A DNA stretch of 64,000 bases from Oligoflexales bacterium (lineage in GTDB: Bacteria; Bdellovibrionota_B; Oligoflexia; Oligoflexales; JAPPIL01), in NCBI GenBank assembly GCA_965215515.1, contig OZ244057.1:512001-576000 (forward strand), read 5' to 3'. This document shows, piece by piece, positions 9,737-19,749 of this stretch. Both the position numbers and the translations under genes were made by a program. The notes below the pieces were generated by a model. It saw nothing but the letters and a program-made list of their open reading frames with translations, did no database searches and was not told the origin of the DNA. Positions within the stretch are counted from its first letter, which is position 1. Every line of letters starts with the position of its first letter.

Positions 9737-10366
9737 ATGAGTGACTTTAACTGGTATGTTTATCAATCGGGACAACAGATGGGGCCCTTCTCTGATGCGC
9801 AAGTGCGGCAACTGCTCGCTATTAAGATGGTAGCGCAGGATGCCTTTATTTTCAAGAATGGCTGGGACGATTGGCGGAGCATTAACGATGTCTTTGGCAA
9901 TGACGGCGGCGATGTCAGTTCCCCTCCCCCCGCGCCAGCTGCTTCCCAGCCGAGCGGTGGTGTAAGCAAGCACAAAGCGGAGTCAGATAGCGGTGCTGCG
10001 CCTAACGATCCGTCCGCACGACAGCAGATGCGCATGGCACGGGTAGGCATCAAGGGGCGAGTAATTGCTCACAATGATGGGCGGGTCGTTATTTCGGGTG
10101 GTATTAACATCTCAGCTTCGGGAATTTTTGTCGAAACCGAAGTTGAGAACACAGCTCCAGGGTTTCAGGTAGGAGAGCAGATTAAGTTGACGATTAAAGC
10201 AGATGACTTGAGTTATCCCTTTAATGTGGTCGCTGAAATGATGCGCTTTAACTCCGACAGCAGCAACCATCCTACTGGTTACGGGATGAAATTTGTAGAC
10301 CTACCCGTGGAGATTAAATCTGATATAGAGAGGCTGGCGGCAGCAGGAGAACGAAAGGCAGTTTGA
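9737..10366 (+). CDS. GYF_2 (DUF4339) plus PilZ domain protein, putative c-di-GMP receptor
   Basis: N-terminal WYVYQSGQQMGPFS...FKNGWDDW; Pro-rich linker; PilZ motifs RQQMR (RxxxR), NISASG (NxSxxG) and GYGMKFV. Confidence 0.85.
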   Translation: MSDFNWYVYQSGQQMGPFSDAQVRQLLAIKMVAQDAFIFKNGWDDWRSINDVFGNDGGDVSSPPPAPAASQPSGGVSKHKAESDSGAAPNDPSARQQMRMARVGIKGRVIAHNDGRVVISGGINISASGIFVETEVENTAPGFQVGEQIKLTIKADDLSYPFNVVAEMMRFNSDSSNHPTGYGMKFVDLPVEIKSDIERLAAAGERKAV

Positions 10367-11583
10367 TGGGTAAGCTGATTACCATCAAGAGAACTTGGGG
10401 TCGAGTGACTGCACTGCACGATGCCTGTGCACTGATCGATCGGGGTGTCGTTCTGCAACGCAAGGATGCAAGACGAGTGATCGCTCGTTTCGATGCCGAA
10501 GCACAACATACCATCATCGCACGCTTTGCTGCTACTTTCTGTGCCAACCTATCCTCCTGGTCTATGGCAGAACGCACGGTTGAAAGTTTGCTCGTGTGGT
10601 TCACTTGGTCAAGAGACGATAGGGCGGTGCATGTTTTTATCGCTAAGATATGTGCTCAAGAAAATTTTCGCCGCGCTTGCTGGGTATTAACGGAAGTGGC
10701 ACTGTCTGACGAAATAAGCCAGCTTGAAGACGGCGAGCGTATTTTTGCCACGGCGGTGTCTTTTATCTGCGAATTGGGTCGTGCTCTGCACGGAGAAGAA
10801 AGCAAAGGTAAAATTTCCAGCCATGACCTACTGTGGAATCATTTGGCCACCTGGTTATCATCGCTCAGCAGCATCAACAGCGGAGCGATAAGATTATCGC
10901 TGCTCAGTTACTTCGGTGCGATGAGCAGTACAGAAACGGGCAAAAAATTTTTTAATCGTATTATGCGTCGTTTTGGTTACACGGCGCTTAATCACTTGTT
11001 TTTTCTCTTATTCAATCGCAAAAGTGAAGCGATGGCACTGGAGTATATGTTGCGTAATCTTCCCTGGGTACTGGGTGGCGATTATTTTGCCCAAGAAACG
11101 CTGGGGGCAATTTTGCAACACTACATGTATCGTTACCCTGAACGTTCCTTGTTATTTTTGCGCACTTTTACCGACGAATTATTCGCCCGTCCTCCTGCCA
11201 ACGACGTGACCAAACGTGCGTGGCAACGAGAGGTCAGACAGTCTTTGCTCAGGCATCTGGCCTCGCTTTATCTTGTCATTTCCAAAATCAATCAACGTCC
11301 TCTCGTGCCAGATTTTATCGAGGTGCTGAACAGGTTTAGAGGTGAGAAAGCTTTCTCCGAGACGCTGAGTACACTGCGCAATACTAGAGCACTTAAACCC
11401 TATTTTCGTTCATGGCTTGCTCTTGCCGTGCGTGATGACATCAAAATTTACGTCTCCAGACCCGCGCGCAAACGCGGTCGCCGTCCCTCCTTTGCCAGAA
11501 CAAAAAAAACTGGTCTGTCTACCTTGGAGATGGTTGCTTCTCTGTGTGACAACGATATTGTTAGAGAAAGAAAAGCATCTTAG
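10366..11583 (+). CDS. Hypothetical all-helical protein, translationally coupled to the PilZ gene
   Basis: About 405-aa ORF; start overlaps the upstream stop (TGATG); no motif recognised. Confidence 0.65.
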   Translation: MGKLITIKRTWGRVTALHDACALIDRGVVLQRKDARRVIARFDAEAQHTIIARFAATFCANLSSWSMAERTVESLLVWFTWSRDDRAVHVFIAKICAQENFRRACWVLTEVALSDEISQLEDGERIFATAVSFICELGRALHGEESKGKISSHDLLWNHLATWLSSLSSINSGAIRLSLLSYFGAMSSTETGKKFFNRIMRRFGYTALNHLFFLLFNRKSEAMALEYMLRNLPWVLGGDYFAQETLGAILQHYMYRYPERSLLFLRTFTDELFARPPANDVTKRAWQREVRQSLLRHLASLYLVISKINQRPLVPDFIEVLNRFRGEKAFSETLSTLRNTRALKPYFRSWLALAVRDDIKIYVSRPARKRGRRPSFARTKKTGLSTLEMVASLCDNDIVRERKAS

Positions 11584-11629
11584 GGTTGAGGGGTGTGAAG
11601 TTGTCAGTTCAGCTTGTTTGTGAGTATAC

Positions 11630-13243
11630 TTGTTGTTAGGAAATGAGGTGGTGTGCGTGCTGTTGGCATTAAGGTGTTTTTGTCTATTTTTGTATCTGTT
11701 AACAGTCAGTTACTCCTGTATAATGAGACCCTCTGCCTCGTGGCCCGAAGCGCCGAACACCCGCGAAGCTCGCGAACAGGAGGCTTTTTTTAACAGCCAC
11801 TGGTGGGATGATGCTTATGTTATGAAATTCAGTGACCTGCCCTCTCGCGGTAAGGCACGCAGACAACCTTACTCAGGGTACTGGTATCCATACAATAAGG
11901 GCGGCACGGCAACGGTACTTGCTCACGGCGGGGAAACGGCTTTGCGGAAGTATGACCGAGCCTTCGGCACGAAGGCGCTAAGCTGGGAGCAAAGATACCA
12001 CAGCGACGCTAATGCACCCCGATGGACGGGACACTGCCACGGCTTTGCCGCTGCGTCACAACTTCTCCCAGCACCGCTCACTAAGGTAACGAAAGGTGGG
12101 GTAACCTTTACCCCTGCTGAGATCAAAACCTTGCTGGCAGAGCTGCATGCACACGCGGAGATGCACATGCTTGGCGGGCGGCGGTGTAACAATGTCAACA
12201 TGCAGAATGCCATCCGTGGGGTAGGTAGCACATTATGTCCTCCGGGTTTTATAAGCACTATGACGGCGAACCGCAGTCTCGTCTGCATCCCCGCGAAAGA
12301 CCTTTCTACACAGGAGTTGAACAGCTGCGAAGATGTCAACGCGGGCACGTTTCATCTTGCCCTAGCCAATTGGGTGGGTAGACGCGAGCAGATTATTTTG
12401 TTTGATGAGGAATCTGGCCAACAGGTTTGGAACTATCCGTTATTCGAGTATACCGTGGGGGACAAGTCTGGGTATATCAGCAAAGAAAACGCACTGCGTC
12501 TCGTATCTCAATACCATAGACCTGCTCAGCCGCGGGGCTACTACCCATTCAACAGAAAGGCAACTTCTTTTTATTATACCGAGATGCATGTTTCCTATGC
12601 CAAATCCGTTGACGAAACCGATGCGGGAGAACTACATGTAGGAGGCAAAGTTTATACCTATATCTTGGAAATAGACAACTTCGGTGACATCGTGGGTGGC
12701 GAATGGGTGGGAAATAGCTATCGTGATCACCCTGATTTTTTGTGGATTGCCCTTGAGCCACGACAGTCACTTACCGAGGATGAGGCAAGACAGAGGCTTC
12801 TTCCCCACGCTTTCCAGATTTATCGCAACACGGTAAGAACACGTTCTAATCCCTACCTTCAGGTTGACACCGTGCTGGATCTCTGGGCAGCATCGATTGG
12901 AGAGGAGCCAGGGTACAGGCTCGACCCGATCGAGTTACCTGACCATAGTGCTGCTTGGGGACGAGGCAAAGGGCAGCGTTTTAGTGTTTTGTTGGATGGC
13001 GACATCAATGGCAGTGTTTTTTTGGGTAAAGAGATCGCTCTTACCGTTACTTTGATGGATGCACAGGATCGCGATAGTGTGCAGGTAAGTGTTAATAACA
13101 GCACTATCGAACCTGACAGCCGTAGCAACTTAGTGCTTAATTTTGTGGTGTCCCCTCGCCCTGGCCTCAATATTCTGCGTATTGCTTTTGATGATACTGG
13201 TAGCTCTGGAGAGGAAAAATTTATTTTCCACGCCGTGTTGTAG
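11630..13243 (+). CDS. Transglutaminase-elicitor (Phytophthora GP42-like) family exported protein
   Basis: PYSGYWYP, KYDRAF, WTGHCHGFAAAS, DVNAGTFHL, QVWNYP, YTYILE...IVGGEW, DHPDFLW; hydrophobic Cys-containing leader; exact start uncertain. Confidence 0.8.
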   Translation: MLLGNEVVCVLLALRCFCLFLYLLTVSYSCIMRPSASWPEAPNTREAREQEAFFNSHWWDDAYVMKFSDLPSRGKARRQPYSGYWYPYNKGGTATVLAHGGETALRKYDRAFGTKALSWEQRYHSDANAPRWTGHCHGFAAASQLLPAPLTKVTKGGVTFTPAEIKTLLAELHAHAEMHMLGGRRCNNVNMQNAIRGVGSTLCPPGFISTMTANRSLVCIPAKDLSTQELNSCEDVNAGTFHLALANWVGRREQIILFDEESGQQVWNYPLFEYTVGDKSGYISKENALRLVSQYHRPAQPRGYYPFNRKATSFYYTEMHVSYAKSVDETDAGELHVGGKVYTYILEIDNFGDIVGGEWVGNSYRDHPDFLWIALEPRQSLTEDEARQRLLPHAFQIYRNTVRTRSNPYLQVDTVLDLWAASIGEEPGYRLDPIELPDHSAAWGRGKGQRFSVLLDGDINGSVFLGKEIALTVTLMDAQDRDSVQVSVNNSTIEPDSRSNLVLNFVVSPRPGLNILRIAFDDTGSSGEEKFIFHAVL

Positions 13244-13297
13244 TTAGTCGCCAGCACTACCCCATGACTTCCTTTCTTTGTAAGAACACAAACCATC

Positions 13298-13305
13298 GCC
13301 GATAA
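13298..13305 (+). promoter_or_regulatory. Sigma28-type -10 element upstream of pilB
   Basis: Exact GCCGATAA; the -35 match (TAAG at 13281) has short spacing. Confidence 0.4.
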
Positions 13306-13374
13306 TTGATCTAATTTTATCCAGTTAAATCACCGCCGACAAAGAATGAGCTTAACTGTAGCCACCTTTTTCCG

Positions 13375-15111
13375 ATGGCGCGAGCGGGACGTTGTGATAA
13401 ACGAAATATAGCATCGGCTGTGATAGAAAAGAGTTTGGCAAAAAAATTAGCAGAAAACGGTCTTTCTGAGCAAGATTTGGTGGCCGCGCACGCACGCATC
13501 AAGGAGCAGGGTGTCTCGTTGATGTACGCCCTGGAGCATACGGGTAAAATTGACGAGCAGCGTTTATTGTCTATCATGTCTGAATATTACCGAACACCCA
13601 AAGTAGATCTGAGTAAAATGAATCTGCAATCTGCTGTGATTAGCCTCATTCCCGCATCGTTAGCAGAGGGTTTTCGGATCATCCCTATCGATCGATTAGG
13701 CAACAGCATTATGATTGCAACAGGAAATCCTAGGAACTTATCGGTCACTGAAAAAGTGCGTTTTGCAACGGGCTATTTTGCACAACTTGTACTCGCTTCG
13801 GAAAGTGCTCTGTCAACAGCACTGCAAAAATACTACCCCTCTAAAAAAGCTTTGGCATCCGAAAAAAAAAGCAAAGTAGCAAGTAAAAATGTGTTATTGA
13901 AAGATAGAATTATCATTCAAACACGAGGAGCGAGCTACGATAGCAAAGTAGTAGAATTAGCTGATAGTGTGCTAACAAAATGTTTTCAACTGGGAGCATC
14001 TGATATTCACGTTGAACCATACGCAGACCACACACGTATCAGACTGAGAATAGATGGTACGCTTACAGAAGCCGCACGAGTTGAATCCGATCAGCAAAGT
14101 GCTCTGATCGCACGCTATAAAGTAATGAGCAGCATGGATATTTCCGAAACAAGATTGCCACAGGATAGTAGCCTCACAGTTGCAATTGATAACGTGCCAC
14201 TCGATTTTCGCGTCAGCACCATGCCCACAATATATGGGGAAAAAATCGTCATGCGTCTTTTGGATCAGTCAGGATTAAAAGTGGATATGGGTGATCTGGG
14301 CTTTGAAAAAAAAGAATTGGATATATTCCATTCTGCCATTCATAGACCCTGGGGTATTGTACTAGTAACAGGGCCGACTGGTTCAGGCAAGACAACAACA
14401 CTGTATTCTGCTCTATCTGAGCTTAACAATGTCGAAGTAAACATCCTTACTGCTGAAGATCCAGTTGAATACAATATCGAAGGGATCAACCAGGTGGAAA
14501 TTAAAACCAAAATTGATTTTAATTTTGCCAAAATTTTGCGATCTTTTTTGCGCCAAGATCCTGATGTGATTATGGTAGGTGAGATAAGGGATGTAGAAAC
14601 TGCTTCTATTGCTGTCAACGCTGCCCTAACAGGGCACTTGGTAATGTCAACCTTGCACACCAATAATTCGTACGAAACCATAACCCGTTTGCTCAACATG
14701 GGAGTTAGGCCTCATGAACTTGTAGGTGCACTGCTATGCATTGTTGCACAACGCTTGATGCGTAAACTTTGTCAAGAATGCAAGATTGTCGATGAAAACG
14801 CTACTCCTGCCTATCTTGTCAGCCTAGGTATTCGCAAAGAGTATGCTCACAAAATTAAAGTTTATAAAGGAAAGGGATGTATCTTTTGTAAAAATATGGG
14901 GTTCAAAGGACGTGTTGCCATTCATGAGGTTTTACGCATGACTTCAAAGCTCCACGACGCTATCGTGCAAAACGCATCCGCAGCAGAACTGAAACAAGTT
15001 GGTATCAGCACTGGCATGCGTACCCTGCGACAAGCAGCCCTGATAAAGATGGCAAACGGCATTGTCTCCGCCGCAGAAGTAGTAAAAGTTACCATTTCAG
15101 ATACCGATTAG
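13375..15111 (+). CDS. pilB: Type IV pilus assembly ATPase PilB
   Basis: ASDIHVEP, RLRIDG, GPTGSGKTTTLY, AEDPVEY, LRQDPDVIMVGEIRD, TGHLVMSTLHTN, CxxC...CxxC; real start may be GTG 13420. Confidence 0.95.
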   Translation: MARAGRCDKRNIASAVIEKSLAKKLAENGLSEQDLVAAHARIKEQGVSLMYALEHTGKIDEQRLLSIMSEYYRTPKVDLSKMNLQSAVISLIPASLAEGFRIIPIDRLGNSIMIATGNPRNLSVTEKVRFATGYFAQLVLASESALSTALQKYYPSKKALASEKKSKVASKNVLLKDRIIIQTRGASYDSKVVELADSVLTKCFQLGASDIHVEPYADHTRIRLRIDGTLTEAARVESDQQSALIARYKVMSSMDISETRLPQDSSLTVAIDNVPLDFRVSTMPTIYGEKIVMRLLDQSGLKVDMGDLGFEKKELDIFHSAIHRPWGIVLVTGPTGSGKTTTLYSALSELNNVEVNILTAEDPVEYNIEGINQVEIKTKIDFNFAKILRSFLRQDPDVIMVGEIRDVETASIAVNAALTGHLVMSTLHTNNSYETITRLLNMGVRPHELVGALLCIVAQRLMRKLCQECKIVDENATPAYLVSLGIRKEYAHKIKVYKGKGCIFCKNMGFKGRVAIHEVLRMTSKLHDAIVQNASAAELKQVGISTGMRTLRQAALIKMANGIVSAAEVVKVTISDTD

Positions 15112-15120
15112 AGGAAAGCC

Positions 15121-16215
15121 ATGAACTACACCCTAACTCAACTTTTAGAAACTCTTGTACTACAAAAGGGCAGCGACTTACATTTATCTGTTGCTTCACC
15201 GCCGCGCTTTAGAATCGACGGCAAACTGCATCCAATCAACGTCGATAACTTAACCTCACAAGACGTAGGCGAGTTATGTTACAGTGTGTTAACCGAAGAA
15301 CAGAAAAAAAATCTCGAAGTCGATAATGAGATAGACTTTTCTTTCTCAGTTGAAGGCATAGGACGTTTTCGTGCCAACGTTTTTTTACAAAAAGAAACCA
15401 TTGCAGGTGTTTTTCGTGCCGTTCCTCTGGCTATCAAATCGCTGGAAGAACTTGGTTTACCCCCCGTATTCAGAGCATTGGCAAGCACTCCACGCGGTTT
15501 AGTGTTAGTGACAGGGCCAACAGGGTCAGGGAAATCAACTACACTGGCAGCAATGGTCGACTTCATCAATAGAGACCGTCGCGATCATATTATGACTATC
15601 GAAGATCCAATTGAATTTTTACATTCTTCCAAAAAATGTCTAGTTAATCAACGTGAGGTAGGCAAAGATACTAAATCATTTCAACGCGCTTTGAAAAGCG
15701 TTCTTCGCCAAGATCCTGACGTTGTGCTGATCGGAGAGTTGCGCGATCTAGAGTCAACCATGCAAGCTGTAACTGTCGCTGAAACAGGACACCTTGTCCT
15801 CGGCACGTTGCACACTAACTCTGCTGTCACCTCCCTCAATCGTCTCATCGATATTTTTCCTTCTGAACAACAACCGATGATAAGAACACAACTAGCACTT
15901 AATCTCAGTGCTGTCGTCTCACAGCTGTTAATCCCCTCCATCAAAGGAGGAAGAGCACTAGCACTGGAGATTATGATTCCTAACATCGCTATCCGTAGCT
16001 TGATTCGTGAAAACAAAATTCACCAGTTATACTCTGCCATACAAATCGGGCAAGAACAAACAAGAATGCAGACGATGAACCAATCACTGTTAGCATTATG
16101 GGAAAGTAACATTATCTCTTATGAAGAAGCCTTGAGCAAAAGTTCTAGCCCAGATGAATTATTGGGCATGATGGAAGAATCTCCTCAGTGGCAAGCTAAA
16201 AACACAAAGGGGTAG
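15121..16215 (+). CDS. pilT: Type IV pilus retraction ATPase PilT
   Basis: GSDLHL, GPTGSGKSTTLAA, TIEDPIEF, NQREVG, LRQDPDV, AETGHLVLGTLHT, AIRSLIRE motif. Confidence 0.96.
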   Translation: MNYTLTQLLETLVLQKGSDLHLSVASPPRFRIDGKLHPINVDNLTSQDVGELCYSVLTEEQKKNLEVDNEIDFSFSVEGIGRFRANVFLQKETIAGVFRAVPLAIKSLEELGLPPVFRALASTPRGLVLVTGPTGSGKSTTLAAMVDFINRDRRDHIMTIEDPIEFLHSSKKCLVNQREVGKDTKSFQRALKSVLRQDPDVVLIGELRDLESTMQAVTVAETGHLVLGTLHTNSAVTSLNRLIDIFPSEQQPMIRTQLALNLSAVVSQLLIPSIKGGRALALEIMIPNIAIRSLIRENKIHQLYSAIQIGQEQTRMQTMNQSLLALWESNIISYEEALSKSSSPDELLGMMEESPQWQAKNTKG

Positions 16216-16222
16216 TTAATAA

Positions 16223-17491
16223 GTGGTCGCCTATAGTTACAAAGCACGTGATCGTAACGGACATCTGCGTTATGGAGAAATTGAAGCTGACTCGAAAAAT
16301 TTCGTCAGAGTACAGCTACGCCGTATGCGCCTAGTCCCCCTCTCTATAAAAGCAGAACAAATTTCCGCACGATCGAATACACCCCGCCTCTCACTGGAAT
16401 TCTTCTATTACAAAGACAAAAATGGACAACTACAGCTTCGTTTGGGCTACGAATGGCCAAAAACGCGCGAGCTCGCCATCTTCTCCCGTCAATTTTCTTC
16501 CATGTTGTCAAGTGGCGTAGCAATGATGAAATGCTTGGAAATATTACGCGAGCAACAAAAGCTACGCGAATTCGGCATAGCAATCGAAACCATTCGTCGC
16601 GAAGTGGAGAGCGGCAAATCTCTCGGAGAAAGCTTAGAACTATATCCAAACGTCTTCAAGCCACTCTACGTTGCCATGGTTAAAATCGGCGAAACCAGCG
16701 GCAGCCTCGATGCAATTATGCGTAAACTCAGTGAATATCTTGATAAAATTTCCAAAATTATTAGCCAGATAAAATCGGCCCTGTACTACCCTGTAATCGT
16801 AGTGATTATGTCCATCTCCATCATTGTCGGTATGCTGGTTTATGTCGTACCAGTGTTTGCCAAACAATTTCAAAGTGCGGGACACGAGCTACCCGCTCTG
16901 ACACGCTGGGTAATCTCGTTTTCCGACTTTCTCCGCGACTACTATGTTATATTTGTCCCCATCCTAGTAGGTATTGCCATCGGCATCAGGATGCTATTAA
17001 AGACAGAACAAGGGAAGAGATTTTATGATAAGTATATGATGAAAATGCCCGCAATTGGCAAACTTATTCATAAAACGGTGGTTGCCAGGTTCTGCTACAC
17101 CCTCTCGGCCACGCTGTCTGGTGGTGTTAATATGCTCGATTCTTTGCTGATCTGTGCCGCGTCCGCAGATAACAAGATCGTCGAAGAAAATATCGTGGCA
17201 GTAAAAAACAAAGTGGAAGTGGGCGCAACTCTGTCAGACTCAATGCGGGAAACAATCATCTTCCCCAGTATGGTTACCTCTATGATCGAAGTCGGCGAAC
17301 AAACAGGCGCATTGGACGCGATGTTAGCCAAAATTGCCGAAATTTTCGAAGAAGAAGTCGAAGAACAAGTTAAAGCACTGTTGTCGTTGATCGAACCGCT
17401 AACCATCGTCGTCATCGGTGTCTGCATCGGCTTCATCGTTACCGCCATGTACCTACCCATCTTCGACATGGCAAAAACTGTCGGCGGATAG
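16223..17491 (+). CDS. pilC: Type IV pilus inner-membrane platform protein PilC
   Basis: FSRQFSSML.SG, GETSGSLD, IKSALYYP, VGEQTGALD, LIEPL, AMYLPIF; follows pilB-pilT. Confidence 0.95.
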   Translation: MVAYSYKARDRNGHLRYGEIEADSKNFVRVQLRRMRLVPLSIKAEQISARSNTPRLSLEFFYYKDKNGQLQLRLGYEWPKTRELAIFSRQFSSMLSSGVAMMKCLEILREQQKLREFGIAIETIRREVESGKSLGESLELYPNVFKPLYVAMVKIGETSGSLDAIMRKLSEYLDKISKIISQIKSALYYPVIVVIMSISIIVGMLVYVVPVFAKQFQSAGHELPALTRWVISFSDFLRDYYVIFVPILVGIAIGIRMLLKTEQGKRFYDKYMMKMPAIGKLIHKTVVARFCYTLSATLSGGVNMLDSLLICAASADNKIVEENIVAVKNKVEVGATLSDSMRETIIFPSMVTSMIEVGEQTGALDAMLAKIAEIFEEEVEEQVKALLSLIEPLTIVVIGVCIGFIVTAMYLPIFDMAKTVGG

Positions 17492-17599
17492 GTTGGCAAA
17501 AAAAACTAGCTAAGTTAAACTGCCGCGCAGCGCAGGAACAGGAAAACGACAGGGAGTCGGTGAACCACATACCGCAACAACCGCTGGGCAAAATACCCC

Positions 17600-19732
17600 A
17601 TGGACAATAAAATCGCCATTATCGGCATGGCAGGCGTGTTCCCGCGCGCCGCCGACCTCGACGCTTATTGGCATAACATCACCCACAAAGTCGATGCCAT
17701 CACCCCCTTGCCTCCGACACACTGGCGCTCAGAAGACTACTACTCCGCCGATCCGACCCGAGCAGACCACGTCTACATCACCAAAGGTGGTTTTCTCCCC
17801 ACCCTGCCCTTCGATCTGCGAGAATTTGGGATCGCACCACGCACCATCACCGCTATCGACACCGCACAACTGCTAGGTTTGCTGGTGGCAAAGAATGCTC
17901 TGCACGATGCGGGCTACGGCGCGGAACGCACTTTCGATCGTGCCCGTACCAACGTTATCTTCGGCGCGACGGGAGCACAAGAACTGGTCATCCCTCTCGC
18001 TGCCCGTCTCGGCCACCCGCACTGGCGACGCGCGCTGCACAAAGCAGGTATTGCCGACGCTCAGGCAGAAGCTATCGTTAACGACATTGCCAACTCCTAC
18101 GTCAGCTGGCAGGAAGCCTCGTTCCCAGGCCTGCTCGGTAACGTTATCGCAGGCCGCGTCGCCAACCGCTTCGATCTGCGCGGCAGCAACTGTGCGGTCG
18201 ATGCCGCTTGTGCCAGCTCGCTCGCGGCCCTGAGACTCGCTTGCCTCGAATTGCACAGCCACAGCTGCGATCTTGCCCTCTGCGGAGGAGTCGATACCTT
18301 CAACGACATCTTCATGTACATGTGCTTCGCCCGCACCCACGCGCTCGCCCCCGACGGCAAAGCAAAAGCCTACGACCGTCATGCCGACGGTACAACCATC
18401 GGCGAGGGGGCGGGAGCGCTGCTCCTCAAACGCTACGACGATGCCCTAGCCGCGGAAGACCACATCTACGCCATCATCAGAAATATCGGTAGTGCCAGCG
18501 ACGGACGCGGCCCCGCCATCTACGAGCCGAGTCGCGACGGGCAGGTAGCCGCCCTGCGTAACGCTTGCCACGGCATCGACCCTGCTTCCATCACGCTCCT
18601 CGAAGGACATGGCACAGGCACACGCGTCGGCGACCACATCGAACTGCAAGCACTGCACGAAGTTTTTCGTCGCCCCACAGCACAAAAAAAATACTGTGCC
18701 CTCGGTTCAGTCAAATCACAGATCGGCCACACCAAAGCCGCAGCAGGGATGGCAGGCATTATCAAAGCCGCTCTTGCCCTGCACCACCGCGTGTTGCCAC
18801 CCACCATCAATTGCGACGACCCTCACCCCCTGTTAGCCGACGGCGACTCACCCTTCTACCTCAACACCACCAGCCGTGCTTGGGAAGCTGACCCGCAACA
18901 CCCCCGTCGTGCAGGAGTGAGCTCGTTCGGTTTCGGCGGCAGCAACTTTCACTGTCTGCTCGAAGAAAACCCCACCCCCAACCCACGTCCACCCCGTACC
19001 GCACCGCCAAACACGAACAGAGAAAACTTTGTCATCACCATCAACGGAGCGAACCTTAAAGACGTTGACTTGTTGTCCGCAACTGCGGATAATGGCGGCC
19101 GCGTGAATTACGAGCACGGTCGCAGCATGTCAGATACACAACCGACAAACGACACGGCGAGCAGCGCAGACAACAAGCCAGATGCCGTCACCCAAGCGGC
19201 AATCGCCGCCGTGCAGCACATACAGACACGCGCTGCCGACCTGCATGCTAAGTTTCTCGATATCCAGAATACCTCGCTGCAAACGCTGAACGACATCGTC
19301 AACCAGCGTCGCGCCACTCCCGACAGCATACCTGACCACCTCAGCCTCCCCAGTGAAGTCACACCCCCACCCACCCACCCACCCGCACCTACAGCTGTCA
19401 CCGCTGACCCTGCACCTGTCGTTCCTGCGACAACATCCAGTGCCGACCCCCAACTCAACGGCCGAGCCACCCCCACCGCTAACGGGCACGACAATGATCT
19501 GCATACCTCGCTACTCGCGGTCGTGGCACAAAAAACAGGCTACCCCGAAGACATGCTGACGTTGGACATGAAAATCGAAGAAGACCTCGGTATCGATTCC
19601 ATCAAACGAGTCGAGATCCTCTCCGCCTTGAAGGACAAACACCCACAACTCGAAGCCGCCGATGAACAACTTATCACCGCCACCTCATTGCATGATATTC
19701 TTGACTTCTGCCAAACTGAAAAAAAAAAGTAG
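17600..19732 (+). CDS. PfaA-like iterative PKS/FAS subunit: KS, linker and a single ACP (no AT, no KR)
   Basis: KS motifs DAACASSL, EGHGTGT, GSVKSQIGHTKAAAG, GVSSFGFGGSNFH; Pfa-type ACP QKTGYPEDML...DLGIDSIKRVEIL; ends TEKKK* on an A10 tract. Confidence 0.9.
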   Translation: MDNKIAIIGMAGVFPRAADLDAYWHNITHKVDAITPLPPTHWRSEDYYSADPTRADHVYITKGGFLPTLPFDLREFGIAPRTITAIDTAQLLGLLVAKNALHDAGYGAERTFDRARTNVIFGATGAQELVIPLAARLGHPHWRRALHKAGIADAQAEAIVNDIANSYVSWQEASFPGLLGNVIAGRVANRFDLRGSNCAVDAACASSLAALRLACLELHSHSCDLALCGGVDTFNDIFMYMCFARTHALAPDGKAKAYDRHADGTTIGEGAGALLLKRYDDALAAEDHIYAIIRNIGSASDGRGPAIYEPSRDGQVAALRNACHGIDPASITLLEGHGTGTRVGDHIELQALHEVFRRPTAQKKYCALGSVKSQIGHTKAAAGMAGIIKAALALHHRVLPPTINCDDPHPLLADGDSPFYLNTTSRAWEADPQHPRRAGVSSFGFGGSNFHCLLEENPTPNPRPPRTAPPNTNRENFVITINGANLKDVDLLSATADNGGRVNYEHGRSMSDTQPTNDTASSADNKPDAVTQAAIAAVQHIQTRAADLHAKFLDIQNTSLQTLNDIVNQRRATPDSIPDHLSLPSEVTPPPTHPPAPTAVTADPAPVVPATTSSADPQLNGRATPTANGHDNDLHTSLLAVVAQKTGYPEDMLTLDMKIEEDLGIDSIKRVEILSALKDKHPQLEAADEQLITATSLHDILDFCQTEKKK

Positions 19733-19749
19733 CACCAGCCGCCTCGCCC

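Noticed and set aside
13375..16215. AT-rich pilB-pilT as a horizontally acquired island
   Set aside because: Standard pilB-pilT-pilC order, no mobility genes or boundary repeats, and composition varies widely across this window anyway
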